Shown here: positions 35,173 through 42,868 of the stretch, piece after piece
Numbering within the stretch: the stretch's first letter is position 1
Layout: every line of letters starts with the position of its first letter
Source: Candidatus Falkowbacteria bacterium
GTDB taxonomy: Bacteria > Patescibacteriota > Patescibacteriia > Patescibacteriales > UBA12075
DNA: 64,000 nt
Direction of reading: 5' to 3'
Assembly: GCA_043801965.1 (NCBI GenBank)
Contig: JAZDLN010000024.1
Location: forward strand, 6,670 to 70,669
Notes under the pieces: generated by a model
Told to the model about the DNA's origin: nothing
The model's input: the letters and a program-made list of their open reading frames with translations, nothing else
Database searches by the model: none
Translations under genes and position numbers: made by a program

Positions 35173-35338
35173 CAAAAAAACGGAGAAATTATTTTCTCCG
35201 CCTCAGCCCTCACCCGGCCCGGCATTCGCCGGGCCACCCTCTCCGGAATCGGAGAGGGGGTAAGGGGGTGAGGAAGGGGGCATGGGGTGTTCGGGCCAAC
35301 AAAAAAACGGAGTCCCGAGTACTCGGGATTCTCCGTTT
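35173..35338. repeat. composite GC-rich repeat, copy A
   Basis: Modules in order: terminator-type hairpin 35174-35200, GGCCCGGC-attc-GCCGGGCC hairpin 35216-35235, CCCTCTCCG-gaat-CGGAGAGGG hairpin 35237-35258, G-run block 35256-35287, terminator-type hairpin 35301-35337. 35173-35235 is identical to 40368-40430. 35236-35338 is about 97 percent identical to 40471-40572. An extra hairpin copy lies at 35396-35421. Confidence 0.9.
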
Positions 35339-35449
35339 AAGATTATCAAATGAACTATCGCCGATCAATGCCTCTCGCCCTACTCGCTTCAGATTCCCCC
35401 TCTCCGGAATCGGAGAGGGGGTGAGGAAAGCGAAGAGGCAGGAGGGGGA

Positions 35450-37567
35450 TTATTCCCTAAGCTCCTCAATCGCGGCCAGGATCAAAGGGTAAACAAGCGC
35501 CTGGGCAGCGCAATTATCAATCCAATCCTTTTTGTCGTCGTCAGCCACGTTGTCCGGTTCGCCCCTAAGGGCGCAACCATCCACGCGCGCGATCGCGCGA
35601 TTTTCAAGGATATTCAGGGCCTGATCGATCTTGCCTTTGTCAATTTTTTTCAAGGCGTTGTTGATTTTTTTTGTCAGTTTGTCGCGCTGTTCATCTTTGC
35701 GGAAATCGTCGTCCGCCAGGCCGTTGATCGCCGCGAGTGCGAATTGCAGGTAGTCGGTCGCCGTATAATCGTTGGCGATCGCCACGATTGTCACGATCGC
35801 GGGCGCGCTTGAAAGAAGGCCGTCATTGACGACGAGGCTCACGACGTATTCGCCGGCGAGATCGGCCGTAAAAACTGGGTTGACCGCTGTGGAATCGGAA
35901 ATCGCGGCGTTTGAACCCTCGGGTACGGACACGAGACTCCAGCTGTAAGTCAGAGAATCGCCATTCGCGTCGTGACTCCCGCTCCCGTCAAGGTAAACCG
36001 TTTCGCCGATAACAACGCTCTGGTTCCCGCCCACGTCTGCGACCGGAGCCGCGTTTTCAAAAGTAACCGTAACAGTATCCGGCTCGCTGTCGGCATAACC
36101 GTCGTTTACAACCAATTCAAAAACGTAGCTGCCGTAGAGGTCGGCCGTAAATTGCGGCTGGGCCGCGTGCTCATCGGATAAAACGGCGCTGCTGCCACCG
36201 GGAACGGATACTACCGTCCAAGTATAGGTGAGATCATTGTCTTCCGGGTCACTCGACTGCGTACCGTCTAAAGCAATGACCGTCCCGGCCTGCGTGACGG
36301 CCTGGTCCGGTCCGGCGTTGGCGGTCGGCGGATTATTGACCGAGGTGACAGTGACGGTCACCGGCGCGCTCGCGCTCCCAAGGCTGTCAGCCACGACCAA
36401 CTCAAAAACATAAGCGCCGGGCAGGTCGGGCGTAAACGAAGGGCTAACCGCAGTCGGGTCGTCCAAGCTTACGCTTGATCCGGCCGGAGCCGACACGAGT
36501 GTCCAGGTGTAGGTCAGGGGATAATTCTCTTCCGGGTCCGAACTCGCGGATGCGTCCAAAGTCGTCACTACACCCGGCGTTGCCGTCTGATCGCCGCAAG
36601 TAGTGGCGGTGGGGGGTTGGTTGATGGGGGTGAGGAGGTAGGCGCTGTAACTATCTTGAACTGCATCATAGTTCATTACAATAATCTGCCCTTTGTTATT
36701 TAGACAACCCACTGAGACCCATGGATCGCTAAAACTAAAAAATTCATTTAAATTAGTTACTTCTCCATTCAACCACAGAAAAATACGATTTTCACCACCA
36801 ACAACAAAACTCCCTACTATCTGCGATGCATTGTTAATTGCATAAGCAAAAGACTCATTACCCAAACCTAAATCTTGCAGAGTGTTATTAACCCAAAGAA
36901 AGGCAAACTCTATACTACCATCATCTAAGGCGCCTACAACTTGCTTATTATCATTGATACCGTGCGCCTCTCCCTGAATAATAGTAATAGTACCATTTTC
37001 CCAAAGAAAACCAGTGCCGTCGCCAGTTTCTCCCACAATATGACCAAAATTATTTATATCCCATGGATCATAATAACCACCAGTTAAAACGGTTAAACTA
37101 CCGTTTTCCCATAAATAAGCGGTATAATCGTCGATATAAACATATCCGGCAATCTGATTATTGTCATTGATGGCTACTGGTATAAAGAGGCCGAGATCCG
37201 TAATTACACCATTATCCCAAATAAAACCATGTTGATCGCCGGAGATATATGAATATCCAATAACTCTTCCTGAATTATTTATACCCTCGGGGTAAATATC
37301 ACCAAGGTATGTTGTTGCGTTGGTTGTACTATCCCAAATAAAACCACCTCTGATTTCTGGATTATTTTTACTATAGTACGAACCTACGATTTGTCCCGTA
37401 TCATTAATACTGCCAACAGAAACATCACAATCATCCGGAAAATTTCCGATCTTCGTAACCGTATAGCCAGTAGCCGGTGGATCGGCGGTGGCCCCGGCCA
37501 AACCGGAAAACGCCAGGCAAAAAATCAGGGCCAAAACCAGGGCGCTGAAAATTTTTGTTGTTTTCAT
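35450..37567 (-). CDS. secreted protein: HAF-family extracellular repeats + three PKD-like domains + C-terminal helical domain
   Basis: The track ORF (to 37906) is trimmed to ATG 37567, preceded by AAGGAGAAAAAG. This gives MKTTKIFSALVLALIFCLAFSGLAGA (signal peptide). Repeats such as GINNSGRVIGYSYISGDQHGFIWDNGVITDLG fit the HAF repeat pattern. There are three ~95-aa units of the form PPTA..G.DQ...G..V.LDGS.S.DP..D.LTY.W.LVS.P.GS. Confidence 0.8.
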   Translation of the reverse strand: MKTTKIFSALVLALIFCLAFSGLAGATADPPATGYTVTKIGNFPDDCDVSVGSINDTGQIVGSYYSKNNPEIRGGFIWDSTTNATTYLGDIYPEGINNSGRVIGYSYISGDQHGFIWDNGVITDLGLFIPVAINDNNQIAGYVYIDDYTAYLWENGSLTVLTGGYYDPWDINNFGHIVGETGDGTGFLWENGTITIIQGEAHGINDNKQVVGALDDGSIEFAFLWVNNTLQDLGLGNESFAYAINNASQIVGSFVVGGENRIFLWLNGEVTNLNEFFSFSDPWVSVGCLNNKGQIIVMNYDAVQDSYSAYLLTPINQPPTATTCGDQTATPGVVTTLDASASSDPEENYPLTYTWTLVSAPAGSSVSLDDPTAVSPSFTPDLPGAYVFELVVADSLGSASAPVTVTVTSVNNPPTANAGPDQAVTQAGTVIALDGTQSSDPEDNDLTYTWTVVSVPGGSSAVLSDEHAAQPQFTADLYGSYVFELVVNDGYADSEPDTVTVTFENAAPVADVGGNQSVVIGETVYLDGSGSHDANGDSLTYSWSLVSVPEGSNAAISDSTAVNPVFTADLAGEYVVSLVVNDGLLSSAPAIVTIVAIANDYTATDYLQFALAAINGLADDDFRKDEQRDKLTKKINNALKKIDKGKIDQALNILENRAIARVDGCALRGEPDNVADDDKKDWIDNCAAQALVYPLILAAIEELRE

Positions 37568-37880
37568 CTTTTTCTCCTTCTTCTTTGGGTTGGATTGGGA
37601 TTTTTGGTTCGTGGTTCTCGTCATTTCCCCCTCCCGCTCGCTATCGCTCGCCCCCTCCCCAAGCTTGGGGAGGGCCGGGGTGGGGGTAATTTCAATTTTC
37701 AAAGACCCGCAATAATCATCGCCTCCTTTCTCTCGAAAAATAAAAACCGCCTCGCGCGCGTTCAGCCGTATTATCTCGTCCGGATTTTGAGCGGTAAATC
37801 CATTTAAGCACAGGGGGGGGGATAAAGTCAAGGGGGATAAAAAATCGCCAGAAAAGACAGTTTTTGCTATACTTGATAAT

Positions 37881-38862
37881 ATGATCAAGAAACCAATAAA
37901 CAACAAAGGCGAAATTATTATTTATCAGGATAAACCGGGCGAAAAGGCCGTTGATGTTCGCCTGGAAAACGACACGATTTGGCTAAATTCACATCAAACA
38001 GCCGAAATTTTTAACATTGATAGAACCGGTATAGTCAGGCATATTTCAAATGTGTATAAAACAGGCGAATTAGATAAAAATTCAACCTGTGCAAAAATTA
38101 CACAGGTTGCCAGGGATGGGAAAATGAGAGAAATCGACTATTATAATTTAGATATGATAATATCGGTCGGCTACCGCATTAATTCAAAAAAGGCCACCCG
38201 GTTCAGGATTTGGGCGACAAATATTCTAAAAAAATATTTGACAGAGGGGTATGTTGTCAATAAAAAAACGATCGCCGAAAATTATGACAAATTCCTCAAA
38301 ACCGTTGAAGACATAAAAAGCCTTTTACCGGCCGGCAAGAATCTGGATAATAAAGATATTTTGGAACTGATCAAAACTTTCGCCGACACCTGGCTATCGC
38401 TTGACGCTTATGATAAAGACAAGCTGGAAACTAAAAAAATAACCAAGCGCGGAATCAGATTGACGGCCGCTGAATTAAGCGCGGCCATTTCTGATTTTAA
38501 AAACGCGCTAACCGGAAAAAAAGAAGCGACGGAAATTTTCGCCCGGGAAAGATCAAGCGGTAGTCTTGAGGGCATTATCGGAAACGTCATGCAGAAATTC
38601 GGCGGCCATGACCTTTATCCCGGTCTGGAAGAAAAAAGCGGCTCATCTTCTCTATTTCATAGTTAAAAACCATCCCTTCATTGACGGCAACAAGCGCTGC
38701 GGGGCGTATTCTTTTATTTGGTTTTTAAGAAAAGCAAGGCTTCTGGATATTAAAACCATTTCTCCGGCCGCTTTGACCGCGATTACGCTCCTGATTGCGT
38801 AGAGTCGGCCCAAAGACAAAGACCGGCTGACGACTTTAACGGCGAAAATGCTCAAAAAATAG
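37881..38862 (+). pseudogene. decayed RhuM-family / Doc (Fic-fold) fusion gene: +1 frameshift in an A6 run plus an in-frame TAG
   Basis: N-terminal IIIYQDKPGEKAVDVRLENDTIWLNSHQTAEIFNIDRTGIVRHISNVY...DMIISVGYRINSKKATRFRIWATNILKKY fits the RhuM pattern. The frame breaks at A6 (38632-38637); removing one A restores ...PGLEEKAAHLLYFIVKNHPFIDGNKRCGAY (Doc motif HxFxDGNKR). TAG at 38800-38802 interrupts ...AITLLIA*SRPKDKDRLTTLTAKMLKK, which then runs to TAG 38862. Confidence 0.75.
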
Positions 38863-39245
38863 GCAGCGAATTTAGCTTTTACATAAAAAAGACCTGATTT
38901 TCCGGGTCCTTTTTAGTGTGGTTTTATTTATCCCTCCGCCGGCAGGCGGGGGGGGGTCGCGGCGTCCAAGGGCGAGGGAACTAGAGTAAAACGTTTTTAG
39001 TAGGTGAGGGTAATAAAAAAATAGTGGGGGTAAATATTGACGGGTGAATATTCACCCGGTCCATCTCTAGTCTTATATAATCGGATACAATTTAACATGG
39101 TTAAAATAAAAAATATAATGATATGAAAATAATTACTGAAATTAGCCATTATACCTCAAAAATCAATAATTTAGTTGATTTTTCGTATCATAAATGATGT
39201 GAAAATTTATGCTAAAAAAATTAAAAAAAGGTAATCCCGGGCAAC

Positions 39246-39273
39246 AAAAAAACGGAGAATGTTTTCTCTCCGT
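39246..39273 (-). terminator. rho-independent terminator of the 39300 gene (CAACAAAAAAACGGAG family)
   Basis: Minus strand reads AACGGAGAGAA-aacat-TCTCCGTT followed by TTTTTTGTTGC. Same lead-in as the four terminator hairpins inside the composite repeats. Confidence 0.75.
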
Positions 39274-39299
39274 TCAAATATTTCTAAAAAATCTAAAAA

Positions 39300-40313
39300 C
39301 TATTTCCCCGTATTAAGATGCCCATAAACCATTCCCGATATCTCGCCGATCAATTTTTCCGCCTGTTCGATCTTTTCATTTTTAAACAAAGTCATGATGC
39401 AAAGAATATACGGTTTATCAGTGTAAATAATCCCGCAGTCATGAAGCTGGGAAATATCTTCTCCTCCGTAATGGCCGAACTTATGGGCAATCGCTGTTTC
39501 CGGCGGCAAACCGGCTTTAAGACCGTTTTTATACGTACTTTCCGCCAATAGAGCCAGGGCTTTTTCCGAATTCCCGCGGCTTAAAAAAGAAGCGTTGAAA
39601 AGCACGCGGAACATCGAAGCATAAGACTTAGCCGATACGCGGTTATTCTCATCTTCTTCCGTGGGCATGATAAGATCAATATCGGCTGCTATTTTCGTTA
39701 AATATTCGCCGCTAACTTCCGTGTTAAGATATTTTTTCAGGAGGTCCTTGGAAGTATTGTCCGAATAGACGATCATCTTATAGATGAGATCATAAATAGT
39801 ATAAACCTCTCCGGCTATAAGGGTCGTGGCCGGATCATAAAGGTTAGTGGTGGAGGCGAATTCTCCCGAATAAGTTACTTGCCGCTCCATAATGCCGGGA
39901 TATTCCTCTGATAGTTTCAAGAAAGCGATCAACATGGGGATTTTCAAAAGGCTGGCCGGATTGAATTTTTCCCGCTCTTCGATCCCCATCCAGGGGCCGT
40001 TTACGAGATCCCGATAATAGACCGCGGCTTTTTCGATATGGCCTTGTTTTTTCCGACCCTCTATTAAAGTATTAATCTTAGCCTTCAATTCTTTTAAGGG
40101 AGTAATCTCCGTATCGCCCATTATCTCGCATTCAAGGAGCGGATTTATATATTCATAACCGCCGGCCCGCAACTCATATACGGCTTTTTCTTCCGGTAAA
40201 ACCGCCTTTTCCGCGGACGGGTTTTTAAACAAAAATCCGCGAATGAACCAGCCGGCTAAAAACATAACGGCAGCCGTTAAAAATACCAGGATTATTAATT
40301 TTTTCTTTGTCAT
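39300..40313 (-). CDS. serine hydrolase, class A beta-lactamase-related, N-terminally anchored
   Basis: 337 aa. N-terminal TM. SxxK (ASLLKIP), SDN (VYSDNTS), KxG (HKFGH) in the expected order and spacing. Confidence 0.7.
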   Translation of the reverse strand: MTKKKLIILVFLTAAVMFLAGWFIRGFLFKNPSAEKAVLPEEKAVYELRAGGYEYINPLLECEIMGDTEITPLKELKAKINTLIEGRKKQGHIEKAAVYYRDLVNGPWMGIEEREKFNPASLLKIPMLIAFLKLSEEYPGIMERQVTYSGEFASTTNLYDPATTLIAGEVYTIYDLIYKMIVYSDNTSKDLLKKYLNTEVSGEYLTKIAADIDLIMPTEEDENNRVSAKSYASMFRVLFNASFLSRGNSEKALALLAESTYKNGLKAGLPPETAIAHKFGHYGGEDISQLHDCGIIYTDKPYILCIMTLFKNEKIEQAEKLIGEISGMVYGHLNTGK

Positions 40314-40367
40314 ATATAAATAAGAATAATATAATTATATCCCAGCGGATAAAATCGGGCAAGACAA

Positions 40368-40572
40368 CAAAAAAACGGAGAAATTATTTTCTCCGCCTCA
40401 GCCCTCACCCGGCCCGGCATTCGCCGGGCCCCCCTCTCCGATTCCGGAGAGGGTACGGTTTGTACGATTCCCTCTCTCCGGAATCGGAGAGGGGGTAAGG
40501 GGGTGAGGAAAGGGGCATGGGGTGTTCGGGCCAACAAAAAAACGGAGTCCCGAGTACTCAGGATTCTCCGTT
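40368..40572. repeat. composite GC-rich repeat, copy B
   Basis: Same modules as copy A, plus an inserted hairpin with a flipped loop (CCCCTCTCCG-attc-CGGAGAGGG, 40431-40453). G-run block at 40491-40522. Terminator hairpins at 40369-40395 and 40536-40571. Starts 8 nt after the stop of the 40580 gene. Confidence 0.9.
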
Positions 40573-40579
40573 AACTTAT

Positions 40580-41491
40580 TTATAGATTTTTCCGAGCCCA
40601 ATCCAGAAATTCCCGTTTTCGGCTTTCGTGAATCACTAGAATTTCATAATCGCGCTTATAAATCTTCTCGATCGGCTTCGGATTTATCTCCCGGATATTT
40701 TTCGGGTCGTAGGGGTCGAGCGCGAAGAACTTGAAACCCATTTTTTTCGATATGCCGATTACCGGCGCCGAATCCCAGGGGGTCTCATAACTGGTTCCCA
40801 AAAGCAAGGCGCCGAACACCCCTTTCCAGAGCTGCGAAAACGACAACCCGATGCTCCCGCCGATGACGTTAAGGCTTTTAAAAAGAGGCTTGGCCGTATC
40901 CAGGGCGATGATCTTCCGGGAAACCTCGGAATACCTGTTAGGCGGCTTGCGCAATAGTATGTATTGCCCCTTAAGCGGGCGATTGGGATCAATCGCGAGT
41001 CTTCTCTTTTCCATCCGGGCCGAACCGTTATCCAATAGCTCCACTACGTCCGATCCAGGCCAAAGGAAAAATATCTCATCCGTGTTTATATCGCCTACGA
41101 AAGCGGCCACGATCTCTATTTCGACCGCCACGGCGATCATGGTGGATACGCCGAAAGACTGCCCTCGCTCAAAACCGTCCGAGCCGTCCAGGGGATCGAT
41201 CGTAATGTAAACCTTGCGCTTCGTAGCGTGCGGCCGGCGAAATTTTTCCTCTTCGGCGATAATACCGAAATCCGGCAGAAGCTTCCGGAACACGTTAAGA
41301 TAGATCTCCTGAGCTTTGAGGTCGGCGCTCGTGACGATATCGCGCGCCTTGCCGGTTTCGCTCGCCTTGGTTTCGCTCGTAAACACGTAACGTTCCTGCC
41401 TGATGGCGTTCATGGCTTTAATAACCGCCGTTTTCATGATATGGCCCAGCATATTCCGGTTTACGCCCAGGATATTTTCCAATTCGTTCAT
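40580..41491 (-). CDS. inositol monophosphatase / FBPase-superfamily protein
   Basis: The track ORF starts at TTG 41548. I prefer ATG 41491 (MNELENILG...), preceded by AAAGAGGAGAAACGGC. Motifs: IIAEEE, ITIDPLDGSDGF (DPxDGT-type), WDSAP (WDxAA-type). Confidence 0.75.
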   Translation of the reverse strand: MNELENILGVNRNMLGHIMKTAVIKAMNAIRQERYVFTSETKASETGKARDIVTSADLKAQEIYLNVFRKLLPDFGIIAEEEKFRRPHATKRKVYITIDPLDGSDGFERGQSFGVSTMIAVAVEIEIVAAFVGDINTDEIFFLWPGSDVVELLDNGSARMEKRRLAIDPNRPLKGQYILLRKPPNRYSEVSRKIIALDTAKPLFKSLNVIGGSIGLSFSQLWKGVFGALLLGTSYETPWDSAPVIGISKKMGFKFFALDPYDPKNIREINPKPIEKIYKRDYEILVIHESRKREFLDWARKNL

Positions 41492-41626
41492 GCCGTTTCT
41501 CCTCTTTAGATAGTTTAAAATGTGCAAATCTTTACTTAATATTAGCAACCGTAAAGGAAAAAGTCAATCATTAAAAGCAAAAGGAGCTTATTTTAAGCCC
41601 CTTGTTTAAAAGAACGGTTTTATTAC

Positions 41627-42052
41627 TTAATCGGAATCTGCGCTTCGGGGAAGATATTCCCAGTCGTCAATACTTAAATTCTGCTCGCTCATCACGTTAT
41701 ATATAAGATGGGCGGCAAAGAGCTTGGCGAATTTCCTCGCTCCTTCGGGCGCTTCGGAATAAAAGAAACAATCCGCGTCAACGTCATCGTCATAACAGAA
41801 TCCTTTTACTTTATAAATACCCCGATTGATCCTGACCGTAAAGATTATTTCCTTGTACGAACCATTTATCTTTTCCCCGCCCTCTTCCCATTCCTTGCTG
41901 ACGGTTCTAACCTCCATCTCCAGTACTTTGGGAAAATTCTTTTTTCTTTTCTTTTGGGGAAGTTTCATGTCTGGATTCCGCCGGCGCATCGATCTGTAAT
42001 GCGCCGGGAAACTTTCCTCCGCCAGCCTTATCAAATCCTCTTTGTTCGGCAT
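41627..42052 (-). CDS. hypothetical protein
   Basis: 141-aa ORF in line with its neighbours. No recognisable motif. Confidence 0.55.
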   Translation of the reverse strand: MPNKEDLIRLAEESFPAHYRSMRRRNPDMKLPQKKRKKNFPKVLEMEVRTVSKEWEEGGEKINGSYKEIIFTVRINRGIYKVKGFCYDDDVDADCFFYSEAPEGARKFAKLFAAHLIYNVMSEQNLSIDDWEYLPRSADSD

Positions 42053-42130
42053 CGCGCCCCTCCCTGGTCGAACGTTTATTGATTTTAACTTACACTACCA
42101 AGATATTTAACTTAAATTAAAATAAAATTA

Positions 42131-42152
42131 AAAAACGGCTTAAAGCCGTTTT
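42131..42152 (-). terminator. terminator-type hairpin downstream of pilin gene 2
   Basis: AAAACGGCTT-AAGCCGTTTT, with a T-run on the minus strand. A second GC hairpin, CCGCCCGAGGCGGA/TCCGCCTTGGGCGG at 42207-42234, sits directly after the stop. Confidence 0.6.
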
Positions 42153-42241
42153 AATATCTTATGTATATTAAAATTTTAACCGACAAAACCCAAAAGCTAT
42201 AAGCTTCCGCCCGAGGCGGATCCGCCTTGGGCGGAAAAAAC

Positions 42242-42748
42242 CTACCTCGTGATCTCAATGGCGGGCAAAGATTCGTTCGAGCCCAGCTCGGCGGCGCAGG
42301 CCCCCGTGATGATCCGGCCGTAAGAATCCTTAACCAAGTAATAACGGGTCTCGTCGGACGAAGCGTCCTCCGCGTTCGGGTCGATCGGCCATTCCGGCAT
42401 ATAAGCCGCGTCAATAAGGCCCTCGAGATCGACGCAATTGGTTTGCAGGGTAATGCTATTTTCACCGCTGACGCAGGTATCATTGCAGGCGTCGCCGGCT
42501 CCGATCTGATAATAAAGATCGTTGGTCATATCAGTGGCAATCGCGTCCAGATAAATCCCGCCGTTATCTACCTGGTGGAGCTTTATAGCTGACATGATCA
42601 TGTTTATATCGGCCCATCTCTGCGCGTTCCGAGAATCCTGAAACCGCGCCACCGGATTTAAAGCCACGAAAGCCAGAGCTGACAGCGCGGCGATTATGGC
42701 GATCACGATCAAAAGTTCGATTAAAGTAAAGCCTTTTTGCTTATTCAT
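42242..42748 (-). CDS. type IV pilin-like protein (prepilin N-terminal methylation motif)
   Basis: 168 aa. MNKQKG|FTLIELLIVIAIIAALSALAFVALNPVARFQDSRNAQRW. C-terminus ...ELGSNESLPAIEITR parallels pilin 1 (...ELGSNEAVPEIMVTR). Confidence 0.85.
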   Translation of the reverse strand: MNKQKGFTLIELLIVIAIIAALSALAFVALNPVARFQDSRNAQRWADINMIMSAIKLHQVDNGGIYLDAIATDMTNDLYYQIGAGDACNDTCVSGENSITLQTNCVDLEGLIDAAYMPEWPIDPNAEDASSDETRYYLVKDSYGRIITGACAAELGSNESLPAIEITR

Positions 42749-42773
42749 AATGATTATATTATTTATATTTTAT

Positions 42774-42784
42774 ATTATAACACA
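42774..42784 (-). promoter_or_regulatory. putative extended -10 element for pilin gene 2
   Basis: Minus strand reads TGTGTTATAAT, about 26 nt upstream of ATG 42748 and immediately downstream of the 30-bp hairpin. Confidence 0.45.
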
Positions 42785-42788
42785 TTTT

Positions 42789-42868
42789 GTATTTAGTATA
42801 TAGTATTTTGTATTTAGCGAAGCGGTATTCAATTTTTTGCTAAATACAAAATACTATATACTAAATAC
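42789..42868. repeat. perfect 30-bp inverted repeat (GTATTTAG word family) between pilM-like stop and pilin promoter
   Basis: gtatttagtatatagtattttgtatttagc (42789-42818), 20 nt, then gctaaatacaaaatactatatactaaatac (42839-42868). The right arm ends on the first base of the stop triplet 42868-42870. Confidence 0.95.

Noticed and set aside
35044-35492. Small ORFs across the composite repeats (35044..35271, 35268..35492; likewise 40307..40601).
   Set aside because: They read through terminator hairpins and G/C runs (SGIGEGVRG-type peptides). They differ between the two repeat copies and have no start-site support.
37568-37906. N-terminal 113-aa extension of the track ORF 35450..37906.
   Set aside because: The extension translates the GC-rich palindrome/5' region (PKLGEGASDSEREGE). 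The internal ATG at 37567 has a good AAGGAG spacing and yields a textbook signal peptide.
38800-38802. Stop-codon reassignment (in-frame TAG where Glu is expected) or programmed frameshift at the A6 run.
   Set aside because: All other ORFs, including a 5,793-codon one, read cleanly with the standard code. The required shift is +1 at AA|AAA|AGC, which is not a known slippery context. Two lesions in one gene fit pseudogenisation.
35173-40572. Integron-like cassette array, since hairpin elements sit at the 3' ends of consecutive genes.
   Set aside because: No integrase gene. The element ends lack the GTTRRRY / RYYYAAC core sites. The genes are in mixed orientation.
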